A program made the position numbers and the translations under genes. From an uncultured Chloroflexia bacterium (GTDB lineage Bacteria > Chloroflexota > Dehalococcoidia > DSTF01 > JALHUB01), in NCBI GenBank assembly GCA_963703345.1, contig OY969814.1:992001-1056000 (forward strand): a DNA stretch of 64,000 bases, in the 5' to 3' direction. Shown here one piece after another: positions 32,758-42,508 of this stretch; the first letter of the stretch is position 1; every line of letters begins with the position of its first letter. The notes beneath the pieces were generated by a model. It was not told the DNA's origin and made no database searches. It was given only the letters and a program-made list of their open reading frames with translations.

Positions 32758-33144
32758 TCACCAAGGCCACCACCGTCGAACAAGGCCCGGCGGCGACGGC
32801 GCGTGTGGCGGTGACACATGGCCCGGCGGCGACACCTGGCCCGGTGCCGACACTTGGCCCGGCGATGACACATGGCCCGGCGGTGACACTTGGCCCGGCG
32901 GTGACACTTGGCCCGGCGATGACACATGGCCCGGCGGCGACAGATGGCCCGGCGGCGACACTTGGCCCGGCGATGACACATGGCCCGGCGGCGACACATG
33001 ACCCATCTGAGCTGCTGCGTTCCCCGTGGGCCCATTTAAGGAGGGCACGATTATCGCCATTGCCACCGTGCCAACCAGTGCCGCGAGGACGAGCGCAACC
33101 ACCACGAGGAGCCTAGCTGGGATCCGAAAAGCGGATAACTTCAT
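32758..33144 (-). CDS. Small exported protein with 11 G(H/Q)VS(P/S)P repeats
   Basis: N-terminal hydrophobic helix, repeat tract, RRWWPW end; same strand as and just upstream of the ligase-like gene. Confidence 0.7.
   Translation of the reverse strand: MKLSAFRIPARLLVVVALVLAALVGTVAMAIIVPSLNGPTGNAAAQMGHVSPPGHVSSPGQVSPPGHLSPPGHVSSPGQVSPPGQVSPPGHVSSPGQVSAPGQVSPPGHVSPPHAPSPPGLVRRWWPW
32807..33003. repeat. 18-bp tandem repeat, about 11 copies
   Basis: Unit approximately GACAC(A/T)TGGCCCGGCG(G/A)(T/C). Confidence 0.95.
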
Positions 33145-33408
33145 GGCGCGACCTTTCTGTCGGCGGCGATGCCATTGGGCGAGGAGTTCTATGGATGAGC
33201 CACCAGCAGCGAAAGTGTAGCATAGGTTAGGGGATTGTCAAGCAGCGATATTCATCGTCCTCCGCACAGGAATCGGGGAATCGGGCCGAATTCGCAGGCT
33301 AGTCGGAGTCTATGCAAACACCATGGGGACTTAGTGTCGGGTCCAAGGGTTCTTGCGCGCTCGCCAATGGCGTGAGATCCGAGGAGTGACCGCGGCGCGG
33401 GGGCAAGG

Positions 33409-33451
33409 CGGCAAAAGGGCGGAGAGCCCCCTTTTCGGAAGGCTCTCCGCC
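33409..33451 (-). terminator. Intrinsic terminator on the minus strand
   Basis: Minus strand reads GGCGGAGAGCC...GGCTCTCCGCC-CTTTT. Confidence 0.65.
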
Positions 33452-33610
33452 GACTAGCGTTGCTTGCCTGGAGTTTGCCGGTTGTCCTCACGAGGAGCGC
33501 GTCAGCCGGGCCTAATGCCCCTTCAGCAATGACAGGAACTGATTCGACGCGGCGCGTTCCATTGGTCATTCTTGTCGCAGCCGCCGCCGTCTGATAGGAT
33601 TCCAGCGGTT

Positions 33611-33650
33611 GGGGCGTAACGCAGCCCGGTAGCGCACGTGAATGCGGGGT
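33611..33650 (+). pseudogene. Degenerate 5' half of tRNA-Pro
   Basis: GGGGCGTAACGCAGCCCGGTAGCGCACGTGAATG versus intact GGGGTGTAGCGCAGCCCGGTAGCGCACCTGAATG. Confidence 0.75.
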
Positions 33651-34038
33651 ATCCCCGAGAATGCAAGCTAGTTAGGTGCACGCCCCAAGTCTGATTTCGT
33701 ATCTAAGACCCTTGCGAAGCCAGTCTATTTGGGCGCACTCATGAGAACAGGACTCATTGACGCTGGCGCTACGATCTTTCTGTGAGAAGGAATACCCCAT
33801 CCCGCTGCCCGCGCTGTCGCGGCTTCCTCACTGTCGACGGCTACGAACGCAACGGCACATTGTACGCATCAACTGCGGCCATGTCGCGTGGCCGGCCCGA
33901 GTCTTGGGACCTTCTGGGTGTGAAGCATCTGAGCATGAGCGCTGTGCATCAGAATCAGCACCCCCCCAGCGAAAACGCGGAAGTTATCATCTGGAAAATG
34001 GGCCATTAGGCGCGACTGCGACTAGTCCCAGCTGTACG

Positions 34039-34425
34039 TCACTGCTGAGAAATAATGTCCTTGAATGTTACAGGGTCTGTCGCATAGAGAACCGCTCGTT
34101 CCAAGGCTTCTTCGCGGAAACTATGAACCTTGAGATAGTCGGGGTTGTTGACCATTTTGAGGAACGCCTTGCGGGACGGATATTGGACGAGAATCACAGT
34201 ATCCCACGTCTCTATTCCATAAAGTAACTCCTTTGCATTGCCGAAATAGAGCAGCTTGGCGCCGACGTTTTCGAGGAATGGGCCCGATTCCTTGATGTAC
34301 CGAGAATAAGCCTCCCAGCCTCCTTCGTTCTTAAACTTCAGGAGATTGAGCATGACAACTGGTCTTTCATTCGTATTAGCGGCTAATTCCTGGAATTGAT
34401 CTTCGTTGGTTTTTATGCCAGTCAT
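34039..34425 (-). CDS. DUF1330 family protein
   Basis: PVVMLNLLKF, WDTVILVQYPSRKAF, YLKVHSFREEAL; AT-richer than flanks. Confidence 0.8.
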   Translation of the reverse strand: MTGIKTNEDQFQELAANTNERPVVMLNLLKFKNEGGWEAYSRYIKESGPFLENVGAKLLYFGNAKELLYGIETWDTVILVQYPSRKAFLKMVNNPDYLKVHSFREEALERAVLYATDPVTFKDIISQQ

Positions 34426-34455
34426 CCTATTCTCTCTCCTCGGTGTTGCCGGGCT

Positions 34456-34507
34456 TGGTGGGCGATGCAGGGCTCGAACCTGGGCCCTTCTGGGTGTAAA
34501 GCAGATG
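34456..34507 (-). pseudogene. 3' half of tRNA-Val(TAC), att-like remnant
   Basis: Minus strand CATCTGCTTTACACCCAGAAGGGCCCAGGTTCGAGCCCTGCATCGCCCACCA; no 5' half. Confidence 0.7.
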
Positions 34508-35001
34508 ACGACCGCAGGTGGGCATCCCGTAACAGACCCCCAAGTCCACTCGTTATCAGTGTAGAGGCTACGCACCCCAACCTGCGAACGATTGTAGCGC
34601 AAACCGGGGTTAGCGCGGCCCTACTCTTTTGCCTTTGGCCCGTGTGGGGTGCCAATATTCCGTCCGTATCCGGGAGAGCGGCGAGTGGCAAACCAGGACC
34701 GCCGAATGCCGGCAGAGGAGCGCAAACCCTCTGCCTGTCACGCAGGGGGTTGACGGCCCGTGGTCTGTGCCGTTCATCAGGCACAAGGGCGACTCAGAGT
34801 GCGAGCTCCACAGATACGGATGGGGCTTTGGCACCCCACACGTGGGCCGGACTCCTGCCGCCGGGCGATTGTCCTCTCTGGGCAACCCTCGAGCAGAAGA
34901 CGGGCGACTGGGTCCCGGTGGCGACTCAGCACTAGGCCGTCAGCCACCTTGCCGTGACACTGTCATCGTTGTTCGGCTTTGAGCACCTCCGCCCGCGCCG
35001 G

Positions 35002-36304
35002 TCACCCCAGCATGGGTGGCAGGCGCGAGTTGAGCCCGTGCAGCCTAGCGTGCAAGAGGATCCAGAACGAGTGCAAAGGATTCAGGGGCACCATGTCAAG
35101 CGGCCTCACCTTCATCAGGGTGGTCAAGCCGGCGATTATGCCGCGCAGGTCATTGTGGGCGCCCACCTCGATGATCCGGCGACCAGGATAGCGTCGCCGC
35201 AGCTCCGCCCCCCGCTCGCCGATGGCGCATGGCCCCACGACTAGGATGTCGCCGGGCAGGTTCTCCAGGTCGGCGTCCCGGAAGCCCTTGCCGAAGACAA
35301 TAGTAAACCCGCCCTGGCCGGAATAGTCGTTGGTCAGTATCTCCAGGATGACTTCGCTGTTCCCCTTGCAACCCTCGACGCACGCACGCTCGCGGCCCTC
35401 GACAATGCGCACGTCGGGGTGGAAGCGTCGCAGGATGGCATAAGGATAGCGTGTCTGGAAGCGGCCGAGGTCGCCGATGACCTCGATACGCTCCAGCCGT
35501 CCCTCACCCAAGCCCCACTCCGCTGTCAGGCGTAGGTGCTCCACTTCTTCGATGTCGTAGCCCATCACCCTGGCGCCCACCGCGTCCACAGCTACCGTAT
35601 CCTGGCCGCCGACGAGGATATTGAGTTGGGCGCTGCACTCGTCCAGCAGCGTCCGCGGCGGCGCGTTCCCGTGAAACACAGCCGTAATCCCCTCGATGAT
35701 GCAGAAGTCGGGCCGCACCATCCGGTAGAGACTGGCGAGACGGAGGTGCAACGTGTCGTGATTATGGAAGTTCATGCGGTTCTCATGAATCGGGAACGCC
35801 TGCTGATTCTTCACGCCCAGTGTCACCGTCGTCATGGAGTGGGTCTTCAGCTTGGGCAGGCTCAGGTAGAAGTTTCCCGGTCGTTGCGACGGGTCGATGA
35901 ACGTCTCGTAGAGCCGGCGGGAGATGCGTATCGGCGTCTCCTCGCCCCCCAGCGTGTACGGCACCGTCCTTCCCTCGTCCAAGTAGACCAGCTCGGCGCC
36001 GTGGCGGCGGGCGATGTCGGCATAGCCGGTCACCGCGAAGACAAGACGGGTGGCGACACCATGAGAAGAGTTCTCCATCAGGGCCGCGCGACGGTAGCCG
36101 TTGTCACCCAGCCAGCCCAGCAGGGCGTTCGACTACGGCTGGCTCCGTGTACGTCCCCGCAGAGAAGTGCACGCCGTTAGGCTTGACGTAGACCCGGCTT
36201 CCGCTGGGGATGACGTTGGCGATGCCCCCGTAAGGCGCAAAGATCGCCTCCAGCGCGGCGGACACGCCGTTGCTTGTGTCGGCAATGGTGACGGCTGGTC
36301 GCAC
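35002..36304 (-). pseudogene. DUF362 family (Fe-S) protein, frameshifted
   Basis: VYVKPN in the upstream frame, PKLKTH...TLGVKN downstream. Removing one base at 36128-36129 restores EPAVVDALLGWLGDNGYRRAALMENS. Confidence 0.75.
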
Positions 36305-36522
36305 GGTCGGTACGTCCTCCGGGCTATTCGCCTCAGGTTAACACGGACCTACTCTCGTCGTGAATACGTTCGAGGCGCCAAGGCTCGACCCCCTACGGGC
36401 TCAGGTGACAATGCGGGCCGGCAGGCACGCCCGCGACCCTTTGCCTGGAAAGCAGATGGCCGCCGCTTTGAGGCGAAAGAGGCTGGGCATCCTGCACAGC
36501 CTTCATTAGTGTATGTGTGTTC

Positions 36523-36572
36523 TGGAGCGGGAAACGGGACTCGAACCAGTGACCCTCTGCTTGGGAAGCAAA
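36523..36572 (-). pseudogene. 3' half of tRNA-Gly(CCC)
   Basis: Minus strand TTCCCAAGCAGAGGGTCACTGGTTCGAGTCCCGTTTCCCGCTCCA. Confidence 0.75.
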
Positions 36573-36806
36573 GGCTGCAGCCATCGCCGTCTTGAGACTC
36601 AAGCGGGAACCAGAAAGCCTTGACCGACCGCGACCGGCACGTCACAATAGCGCTGCCTGGCGTCGCGCCGTATCAGCTACGAGCTGAGCAGCGGAAGATT
36701 CAGGAGAGACACTCGGCCTAGCCAGATTCTGCACCTGAATCTTCTCCAAGGACGGCCGCCGGCAGATTCGGAATCGGCGCTTTCGGCTGGATTCCCGACC
36801 TGATTG

Positions 36807-36894
36807 ATGGGGTTCAGGAGGTCGTGGGTTCGAATCCCACCGCCCCGACCAGTTTCCCTACAAACTGGCACAGAACAGCCCATCATCGGGGTGG
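36807..36894 (+). repeat. tRNA-Pro 3' half plus 43 bp (att repeat 2)
   Basis: Matches 24632-24719 at 87 of 88 positions. Confidence 0.95.
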
Positions 36895-36935
36895 CGAATC
36901 GGTTACGAACTGACGACGCCGTGGGCTTCGCCAGC

Positions 36936-38543
36936 CTAGACTTGCGAACCCTTTCGCTGATCCGGGTTGGGGCGGCGTCCTATGCGGCGCGCGATGTCGG
37001 CGGCGAAATTAGCGGCTGTTCCCACGACGCCGCGCTGGTGGGGGATGGGGCGCATCGCGTTCGACAGTTCCGGGTGCTTCTCGGCGTAAGCCCGCACCTC
37101 CTCCAGCGTCACGCCGTAGGCGTCGAGCACGCGCTGCAGCTCCCCACGGGCCTTGTCTTTCGCCTCCTGCAGCTTCATCTGCACCCGGCTCTTGACCAGC
37201 ACCTCGCCGTCTCCTGTCGTCTCGATGGGGATAAAGACCGTGTCGGCCAGGTCGCTCACCACCTTCGCCTGGACGCCATCGCTGATCGTACTGGGCATGC
37301 AGCCGAAAGGCTTGATGGAGATCATCATGTGAGCCTTGGCGTGTCGCACCATGTATATGTGCTTGGTGACCTCCAAGTGACCCTCGCCAGCGATGAGGCG
37401 CTTCTCGTAGTAGCCTTCGGAGTAGCGGTCGAGCATGTCCATCGCTGGGAAACCCTGCGGCTTCATATTCATGATGGCGCGGTAGAAGGTGTAGAGGATC
37501 TCCCCGAAGTGCTTGCCTACACGGAGTCCGAACCAGATGAGCCAGGGGTTGGCCGTGCCCATCCCCTGCGGGTCTGACTTGACGAAGAGGCGGTCCCGCA
37601 CCTTGAGCTCGTTGAGCCAGATCATGTACTCGAACCAGGCCCCGACCGTGTCCAGCATCACCTCGGCGCCCTCGTCCTCCAGCCAGTGCAGGAGACGGTG
37701 GTTCGACTCGTCCTCCGCGTGCTTGAGGAAGAACTCGCCGGTGACCTTCACCCGTGGCTTGACCCTCAGGTAATCGACCTCGATGCGGCCGAGCTTGACC
37801 CTGATAGCCGCCATCGTCTTCGAGATGGAGAGCCCTTCTCTTGCTGCCACACGCAACATCTCGCGGGCCTCCGCCAGCGCCCTGTCGGTTGCCCCGGGGA
37901 CGACCTCGTAGGGCCGGATCTGGCAGGCGAGGTCGCCCAGGAGGTCGGCGGCGATCGCCACCTTGGCGAGGCGCCAGAACACCTTGGGCGTCATCTGCAC
38001 CCCCGCCGACTCCTGATTGATGTCGAGGCCGTGGGCGATATCCAGCATCGCGATCCGGAAGTTGGGGAAGCCGGCCGCCTTGAGCGCCTTGCGCATGTCC
38101 GCCTCGTACATCCCCATCCGGCAGGGCCCGCAGTCGCTGGCCCAAAGGAGGGCAAAGCGCTCTTCGATCTCGCTGTCGGACAGCCCTTCCCGCCGTCGCT
38201 CGAATAGGAACTTGAGCAGGGTGCCGATCGTGTAGTAGGTGGGGTTGCACTGCCCGCGGTTACAGAACTCCTTGCCGATGGCGAGCGACTCCTGATCAGG
38301 GCTGGGAAGTCGCTGCGCTTTGTAGCCGAGCCCCTCCAGCAACCCCAGAAGCACCTCCTGGAGAGTGGCGGGAAGCGCGCAAAAGACGATGGTCGTCTCG
38401 GCCTTGCTTATCGGCGTGCAGGGTTCGGCGGGCCGCTTGAAATGGCGTACCTTCGGTCCCTCGACGCCCATCTCCTGGACGAGAGCGCGCCGGAAGGCCT
38501 CAACCTCCGCCTCGATCTCAGCCACTGACTCTATCGTGGACAC
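36936..38543 (-). CDS. 2-hydroxyacyl-CoA dehydratase activator-associated protein (C-terminal partner subunit)
   Basis: GKEFCNRGQCNP, CGPCRMG, RPYE, GEF, KPFGCMP. Confidence 0.75.
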   Translation of the reverse strand: MSTIESVAEIEAEVEAFRRALVQEMGVEGPKVRHFKRPAEPCTPISKAETTIVFCALPATLQEVLLGLLEGLGYKAQRLPSPDQESLAIGKEFCNRGQCNPTYYTIGTLLKFLFERRREGLSDSEIEERFALLWASDCGPCRMGMYEADMRKALKAAGFPNFRIAMLDIAHGLDINQESAGVQMTPKVFWRLAKVAIAADLLGDLACQIRPYEVVPGATDRALAEAREMLRVAAREGLSISKTMAAIRVKLGRIEVDYLRVKPRVKVTGEFFLKHAEDESNHRLLHWLEDEGAEVMLDTVGAWFEYMIWLNELKVRDRLFVKSDPQGMGTANPWLIWFGLRVGKHFGEILYTFYRAIMNMKPQGFPAMDMLDRYSEGYYEKRLIAGEGHLEVTKHIYMVRHAKAHMMISIKPFGCMPSTISDGVQAKVVSDLADTVFIPIETTGDGEVLVKSRVQMKLQEAKDKARGELQRVLDAYGVTLEEVRAYAEKHPELSNAMRPIPHQRGVVGTAANFAADIARRIGRRPNPDQRKGSQV

Positions 38544-41500
38544 GTCCCCCTCCTACCAGAAGTATCTCTTCCTGCAGACGCTTGCGATAGCTCGCCACCC
38601 GCCGCTCGATCTCCTGCTCTGTCTCACGGCGACGTTGCATATCCTCCAGCCGACGGCGGAGGAAATAGTCGATCGTCTCCACCCGCAGCTTGATGGAGCC
38701 GACCGGCCGGTTCTCGTCGAGGTCATGGAAGGCGAAGTAAGGCGTACCGGCCGCCTCGAGTATCCCTTCGATCACGTGGTAGATAGGGGAGTCGAGGCCG
38801 CACTTGAAGGAGGAGAAATCGATACCGGCCAGGTTGGGATGGCGAGCGACGAACTTCGCCGCCCAGACCTTGCGGCTGGTGTTCTCGCTGAAGGTATGTT
38901 TCCAGACATCGTGGATGTCCCGGGGGTCGCCGATCTCCCCCCAGCGCACCTCCTCGCCGAAGAGCCGGTCGAGGATATCATCGTCCATGGGCAGCGAGTC
39001 GATGGTGAAGACGGGGTATCCCAGCCGCTGGATCAGCTCCGGTATGTCGTGATTCACGCCCGGGTCGTTGTGGTAGGGGCGACCAAGCAGTACTATCCCG
39101 AGACGGCCCTCGTCCTCGAGCCGGTCGAGGACCTCCCGCGCCCGTCTCCTCAGGCTGCCGCGGAACGCTGCCAGCGCTCGGTAGCCCTCCCGCATCGCCG
39201 CCGCATTCTCCTCCGGGCTCACGCCGAGGATCGGGCGGACGAAGGTCAACATCTGCTGCTCGAAAAGGTTGGGCTCGGCCATGTGGAGCACGGGGGCGTA
39301 GAAGCAAGCTCCTTTCTCGGCGAAGGCGTCTTTCTCCGTGGTGAAGGCAGCCTTTACCACCTCCGGTATCCCCTGCACCGTGGGACAACTCCAGCCTGCC
39401 TGGCACTCATAGATGTCACTGGGCACGTTCATCATCTCCGGGAAGAACACAATGTCCGGCTGCTTCTTGGTGAGGAGGTTGTGAACGTGGGAGACAGCGA
39501 TCTTCGCCGGGTAACACGGGTCGATGGAGCCGCGCCGCGAGCCCTCGCGGAACATCTGGTCGTCCGTGTAGTCGGACCAGAGGATGTTGCGATGCAGCAC
39601 GCCTAGGCTCTCCAGATACGCGGTGAAGAACGGGGCATAGGAGTACATGGTGAGCAGCCGTGGGATGCCGATGCGCACCGTCGCCCGCCGCTCCCGCAGC
39701 CGCGCCACCGTCCCGCTGCCGTCCCAAACCGACAGGAAGCGCCGGCCGCTGCCGTTGGTGGCAGCGACGCTCTGCGGCGAGTAGCTGTGGAACGCCTCGC
39801 GGGCGGCGATCTCGATGAAGTTGGGGTTCGCCTTCTTCACCGCATTCTCGCGGGTGTTGAAGACCCTCACCGCGTCGATGCTCTCCGCCATCCCTCGCTC
39901 GCAGGTGGCGGAGATGAAGCGGGTCGTGTGTTCGGGCGAGGTCCTGATGTCGACGAAAGTGCGGAGGCACTTGTTCTTGCAGAACGAGCAGCGGGTCGAT
40001 TCGTCGCGGGTGGTGGTGAAGGTGAGCGCCTCCACCCGGTCGAACCCGATGAACGAGCTCTCCCCGCCGTCGCTCACGCGGATCGCCTCGCTGGCAGCGC
40101 CGAGGGCGCCGCTCTCACCGGCGTGCGGATGGACGTGGATCTTCGCGTCCGGCACGCGAGCCTTGATGAAGTCGTACTGCGCCTTGACCACGGCGAGGTT
40201 GTAGTGCGTCCCTCCCTGCAGGAGGAAGGTCTTGCCGAAGCGGGCCAGGTTCGTCTCCTGGACGACGTAGAGCCAGACGTTCTTGGGCAGGGTGAGAGCA
40301 AGGCCGGCCATGATCTCGGACGGCTGCCAGCCGAGCTGCTGGAAGTGCGAGATGTCCTGCTCCAGGAAGACGGCGCAACCGTAGTGAAACGCCGGCGCCC
40401 GCTCGGCGCTGAGGGCGACATCGGCCCACTGATTGAGGTCGTAGCCGAAGCGGGCGGTCGTGCTCTGGAGGAAATAGCCGTTGCCGGCCGAGCACTGCGT
40501 GTTGAGCTTGAAATCCTTGACGGCGCCCGCCTTCATGATGATGACCTTGATGTCCTGCCCCCCAACGTCGGCGATGACGTCCACGTCGGGGTAGTAGCGG
40601 AGGGCGGACCGGGCGTGGGCGACTGTCTCCGGGATCGCCAGGTCGGCGCCGAGCGCCTCCTTCAGTAGGTCCTTGGCGTAGCCCGTCGTGGCCATGCCGA
40701 GGATGCGCAGGCGCGCGCCCTGCCCCTCCACCTGGCGGCGCAGCTCGCCCAGTATCTCCTTGGCATCCTGGAGCGGGTTACCTTTGCAGAGCTGGTAGGC
40801 CTTCGCCAGCAGATTGCCTCCAACGTCCGTGAGGACGGCCTTCGTCGAGGTTGAACCGCCGTCCAGCCCCATGTATGCTTCCACAACCTGGCCGGGCGAG
40901 AAGGCGAGAGGGGTGAACGGTTTAGTGCCGTAAAGACGGCGGAACTCCTCGAGGTCTTCGCCGGGGGCGAGAGGACCCCGCTGGCCGGTGTGCTGCTTCG
41001 CCTTCCGCCGACCGAGGTCGATGTACTCCTCCAGCGCCGCCGTCCCGGCGTAAGTGCCGGCGAGTCCCTCCTCCTGCTGGCCGTAGAGAGCCGTCCCCAA
41101 GGCGGCATAGTACAGGGAGTGCTCCGGCACAACGATTAGCTCCTCGGCGGTGGAGCCGGCGGGCAGCGCCAGCCCCCGTTCCTCCCAGAGGCGCGGCACA
41201 TGTCGCCGCCATGCCTCCTGCAGACAGGGGAAGAAGGTGTTGGGGCCGCCCAGGAGGAGCACCTTGGGGCGCAGAACGTTGCCGCGGGTGAGCACGCTGA
41301 GGTTCTGCTGGACAATCGCCTCAAACAGGGAGACCATCAGATCCTCGGGGGGGACGCCCTGCTTCTGAAGGCTGTTCATATCGGTCTCCGCGAAGACGCC
41401 GCACTTGCCGGCGACGGGGTACACCTTCGCGCTGGCATACCGCATTTCCCGGAGCTGCGCCGGGCTCAGGTGCAGCTTCGCCGCGATGCGGTCGATGACA

Positions 41501-42000
41501 GCGCCCGTGCCGCCGGCGCACTTATCGTTCATGTTGGCGAGCTTCCGCTTGCGGCCCGTCTTCGGGTCCTCCCGCCAGATGATGATCTTGGCGTCCTGCC
41601 CTCCCAACTCGATGACTGAGCCCACGTCCGGCTGCAGTGCCTCCGCGGCCAGGGAGACGGCGTTGACCTCCTGCACGAACCGCGCCCCAATGTGAGGGGC
41701 GAGCGTCGCGCCGCCGCTTCCGGTGACGAAGATGCGGAACTGCTCGACGGGCAAGAGGAAGCGCTCTTCTATCTCCTTGAGGACCTCGAGGACCTTCTCC
41801 GGCTGGCACGTCTCATGGAGGCGGTAGTCGGCGCAGAGGATCTCCTTGCTGTCGGGCGCGACGACCACGTACTTGACGGCTGTCGAGCCAACGTCAAGCC
41901 CGATGATGAGCTCGCAGTGAGACGAGCCGTCGCCGTCCTGATGCGGTGTCAAGACCGAGGACGACAAAGCATGTGTGGTACCGTCACCCTCAACCTCCAA
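38518..42000 (-). CDS. CoA-substrate-specific enzyme activase (2x BadF/BadG/BcrA/BcrD ATPase plus DUF2229-like domain)
   Basis: GLDVGST, ELGGQDAK, MNDKCAGGTG, DGGSTSTK, DVGGQDIK, CSAGNG, RPYH. Confidence 0.85.
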   Translation of the reverse strand: MEVEGDGTTHALSSSVLTPHQDGDGSSHCELIIGLDVGSTAVKYVVVAPDSKEILCADYRLHETCQPEKVLEVLKEIEERFLLPVEQFRIFVTGSGGATLAPHIGARFVQEVNAVSLAAEALQPDVGSVIELGGQDAKIIIWREDPKTGRKRKLANMNDKCAGGTGAVIDRIAAKLHLSPAQLREMRYASAKVYPVAGKCGVFAETDMNSLQKQGVPPEDLMVSLFEAIVQQNLSVLTRGNVLRPKVLLLGGPNTFFPCLQEAWRRHVPRLWEERGLALPAGSTAEELIVVPEHSLYYAALGTALYGQQEEGLAGTYAGTAALEEYIDLGRRKAKQHTGQRGPLAPGEDLEEFRRLYGTKPFTPLAFSPGQVVEAYMGLDGGSTSTKAVLTDVGGNLLAKAYQLCKGNPLQDAKEILGELRRQVEGQGARLRILGMATTGYAKDLLKEALGADLAIPETVAHARSALRYYPDVDVIADVGGQDIKVIIMKAGAVKDFKLNTQCSAGNGYFLQSTTARFGYDLNQWADVALSAERAPAFHYGCAVFLEQDISHFQQLGWQPSEIMAGLALTLPKNVWLYVVQETNLARFGKTFLLQGGTHYNLAVVKAQYDFIKARVPDAKIHVHPHAGESGALGAASEAIRVSDGGESSFIGFDRVEALTFTTTRDESTRCSFCKNKCLRTFVDIRTSPEHTTRFISATCERGMAESIDAVRVFNTRENAVKKANPNFIEIAAREAFHSYSPQSVAATNGSGRRFLSVWDGSGTVARLRERRATVRIGIPRLLTMYSYAPFFTAYLESLGVLHRNILWSDYTDDQMFREGSRRGSIDPCYPAKIAVSHVHNLLTKKQPDIVFFPEMMNVPSDIYECQAGWSCPTVQGIPEVVKAAFTTEKDAFAEKGACFYAPVLHMAEPNLFEQQMLTFVRPILGVSPEENAAAMREGYRALAAFRGSLRRRAREVLDRLEDEGRLGIVLLGRPYHNDPGVNHDIPELIQRLGYPVFTIDSLPMDDDILDRLFGEEVRWGEIGDPRDIHDVWKHTFSENTSRKVWAAKFVARHPNLAGIDFSSFKCGLDSPIYHVIEGILEAAGTPYFAFHDLDENRPVGSIKLRVETIDYFLRRRLEDMQRRRETEQEIERRVASYRKRLQEEILLVGGGRVHDRVSG

Positions 42001-42257
42001 GATCTGCCCGCGATGCCGTCCCCAGAAAAGGATGAGCCCCGCCGGCGTAAGACGCGCTGTAGAGTGGAAGCTCGGCTCCTGCGATCTCTAATAATACCAG
42101 TGACCCCCTTCAAGAGCGCTACCCCAGTCTATGTTAGTGCGACCACCACCCCAAGCCGTAACGAGTCGGAGCATCTGCTCGGGAATCGGATGGTTGCCGC
42201 GTCGGAAACGCGAAAGGCTGGGCAAAATGCCCAGCCTTGCCTCTGTATGTCAACGGC

Positions 42258-42294
42258 GGAGCGGGAAACGGGACTCGAACCCGCGACCCTCTGC
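42258..42294 (-). pseudogene. Second tRNA-Gly 3' fragment
   Basis: GGAGCGGGAAACGGGACTCGAACCCGCGACCCTCTGC, homologous to the 36524 copy. Confidence 0.7.
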
Positions 42295-42508
42295 CCGGAA
42301 TCAGCTGCCGCACGCATCTTCTTGACTGGCAGCAGCCAGCACGCCACAATAGCGCTGCCTGGCGCCGCGCCGTATCAGCTACGAGCTGAGCAGCGGAAGA
42401 TTCAGGAGAAACACTCGGCCTGGTCAGATTCTCCGCCTGAATCTTCTCCAATGGCGGCCGCTGGCAGATTCGGGATCGGCGCTTTCGGCGGGATTCCCGC
42501 CCTCAATG

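Larger units (their letters stand above)
24677..36851. mobile_element. tRNA-Pro-integrated island, unit 1 (integrase-bearing)
   Basis: Bounded by an 88-bp direct repeat, 24632-24719 and 36807-36894 (1 mismatch); integrase at the tRNA-proximal end. Confidence 0.8.

Noticed and set aside
32807-33003. Possible CRISPR array
   Set aside because: Contiguous 18-bp units with no unique spacers and no cas genes.
32702-33116. Alternative repeat ORFs (PGGDTW, GPAVTL, CHRRA frames)
   Set aside because: Other frames of the 18-bp repeat. The minus-strand ORF with a signal helix and operon context is more plausible.
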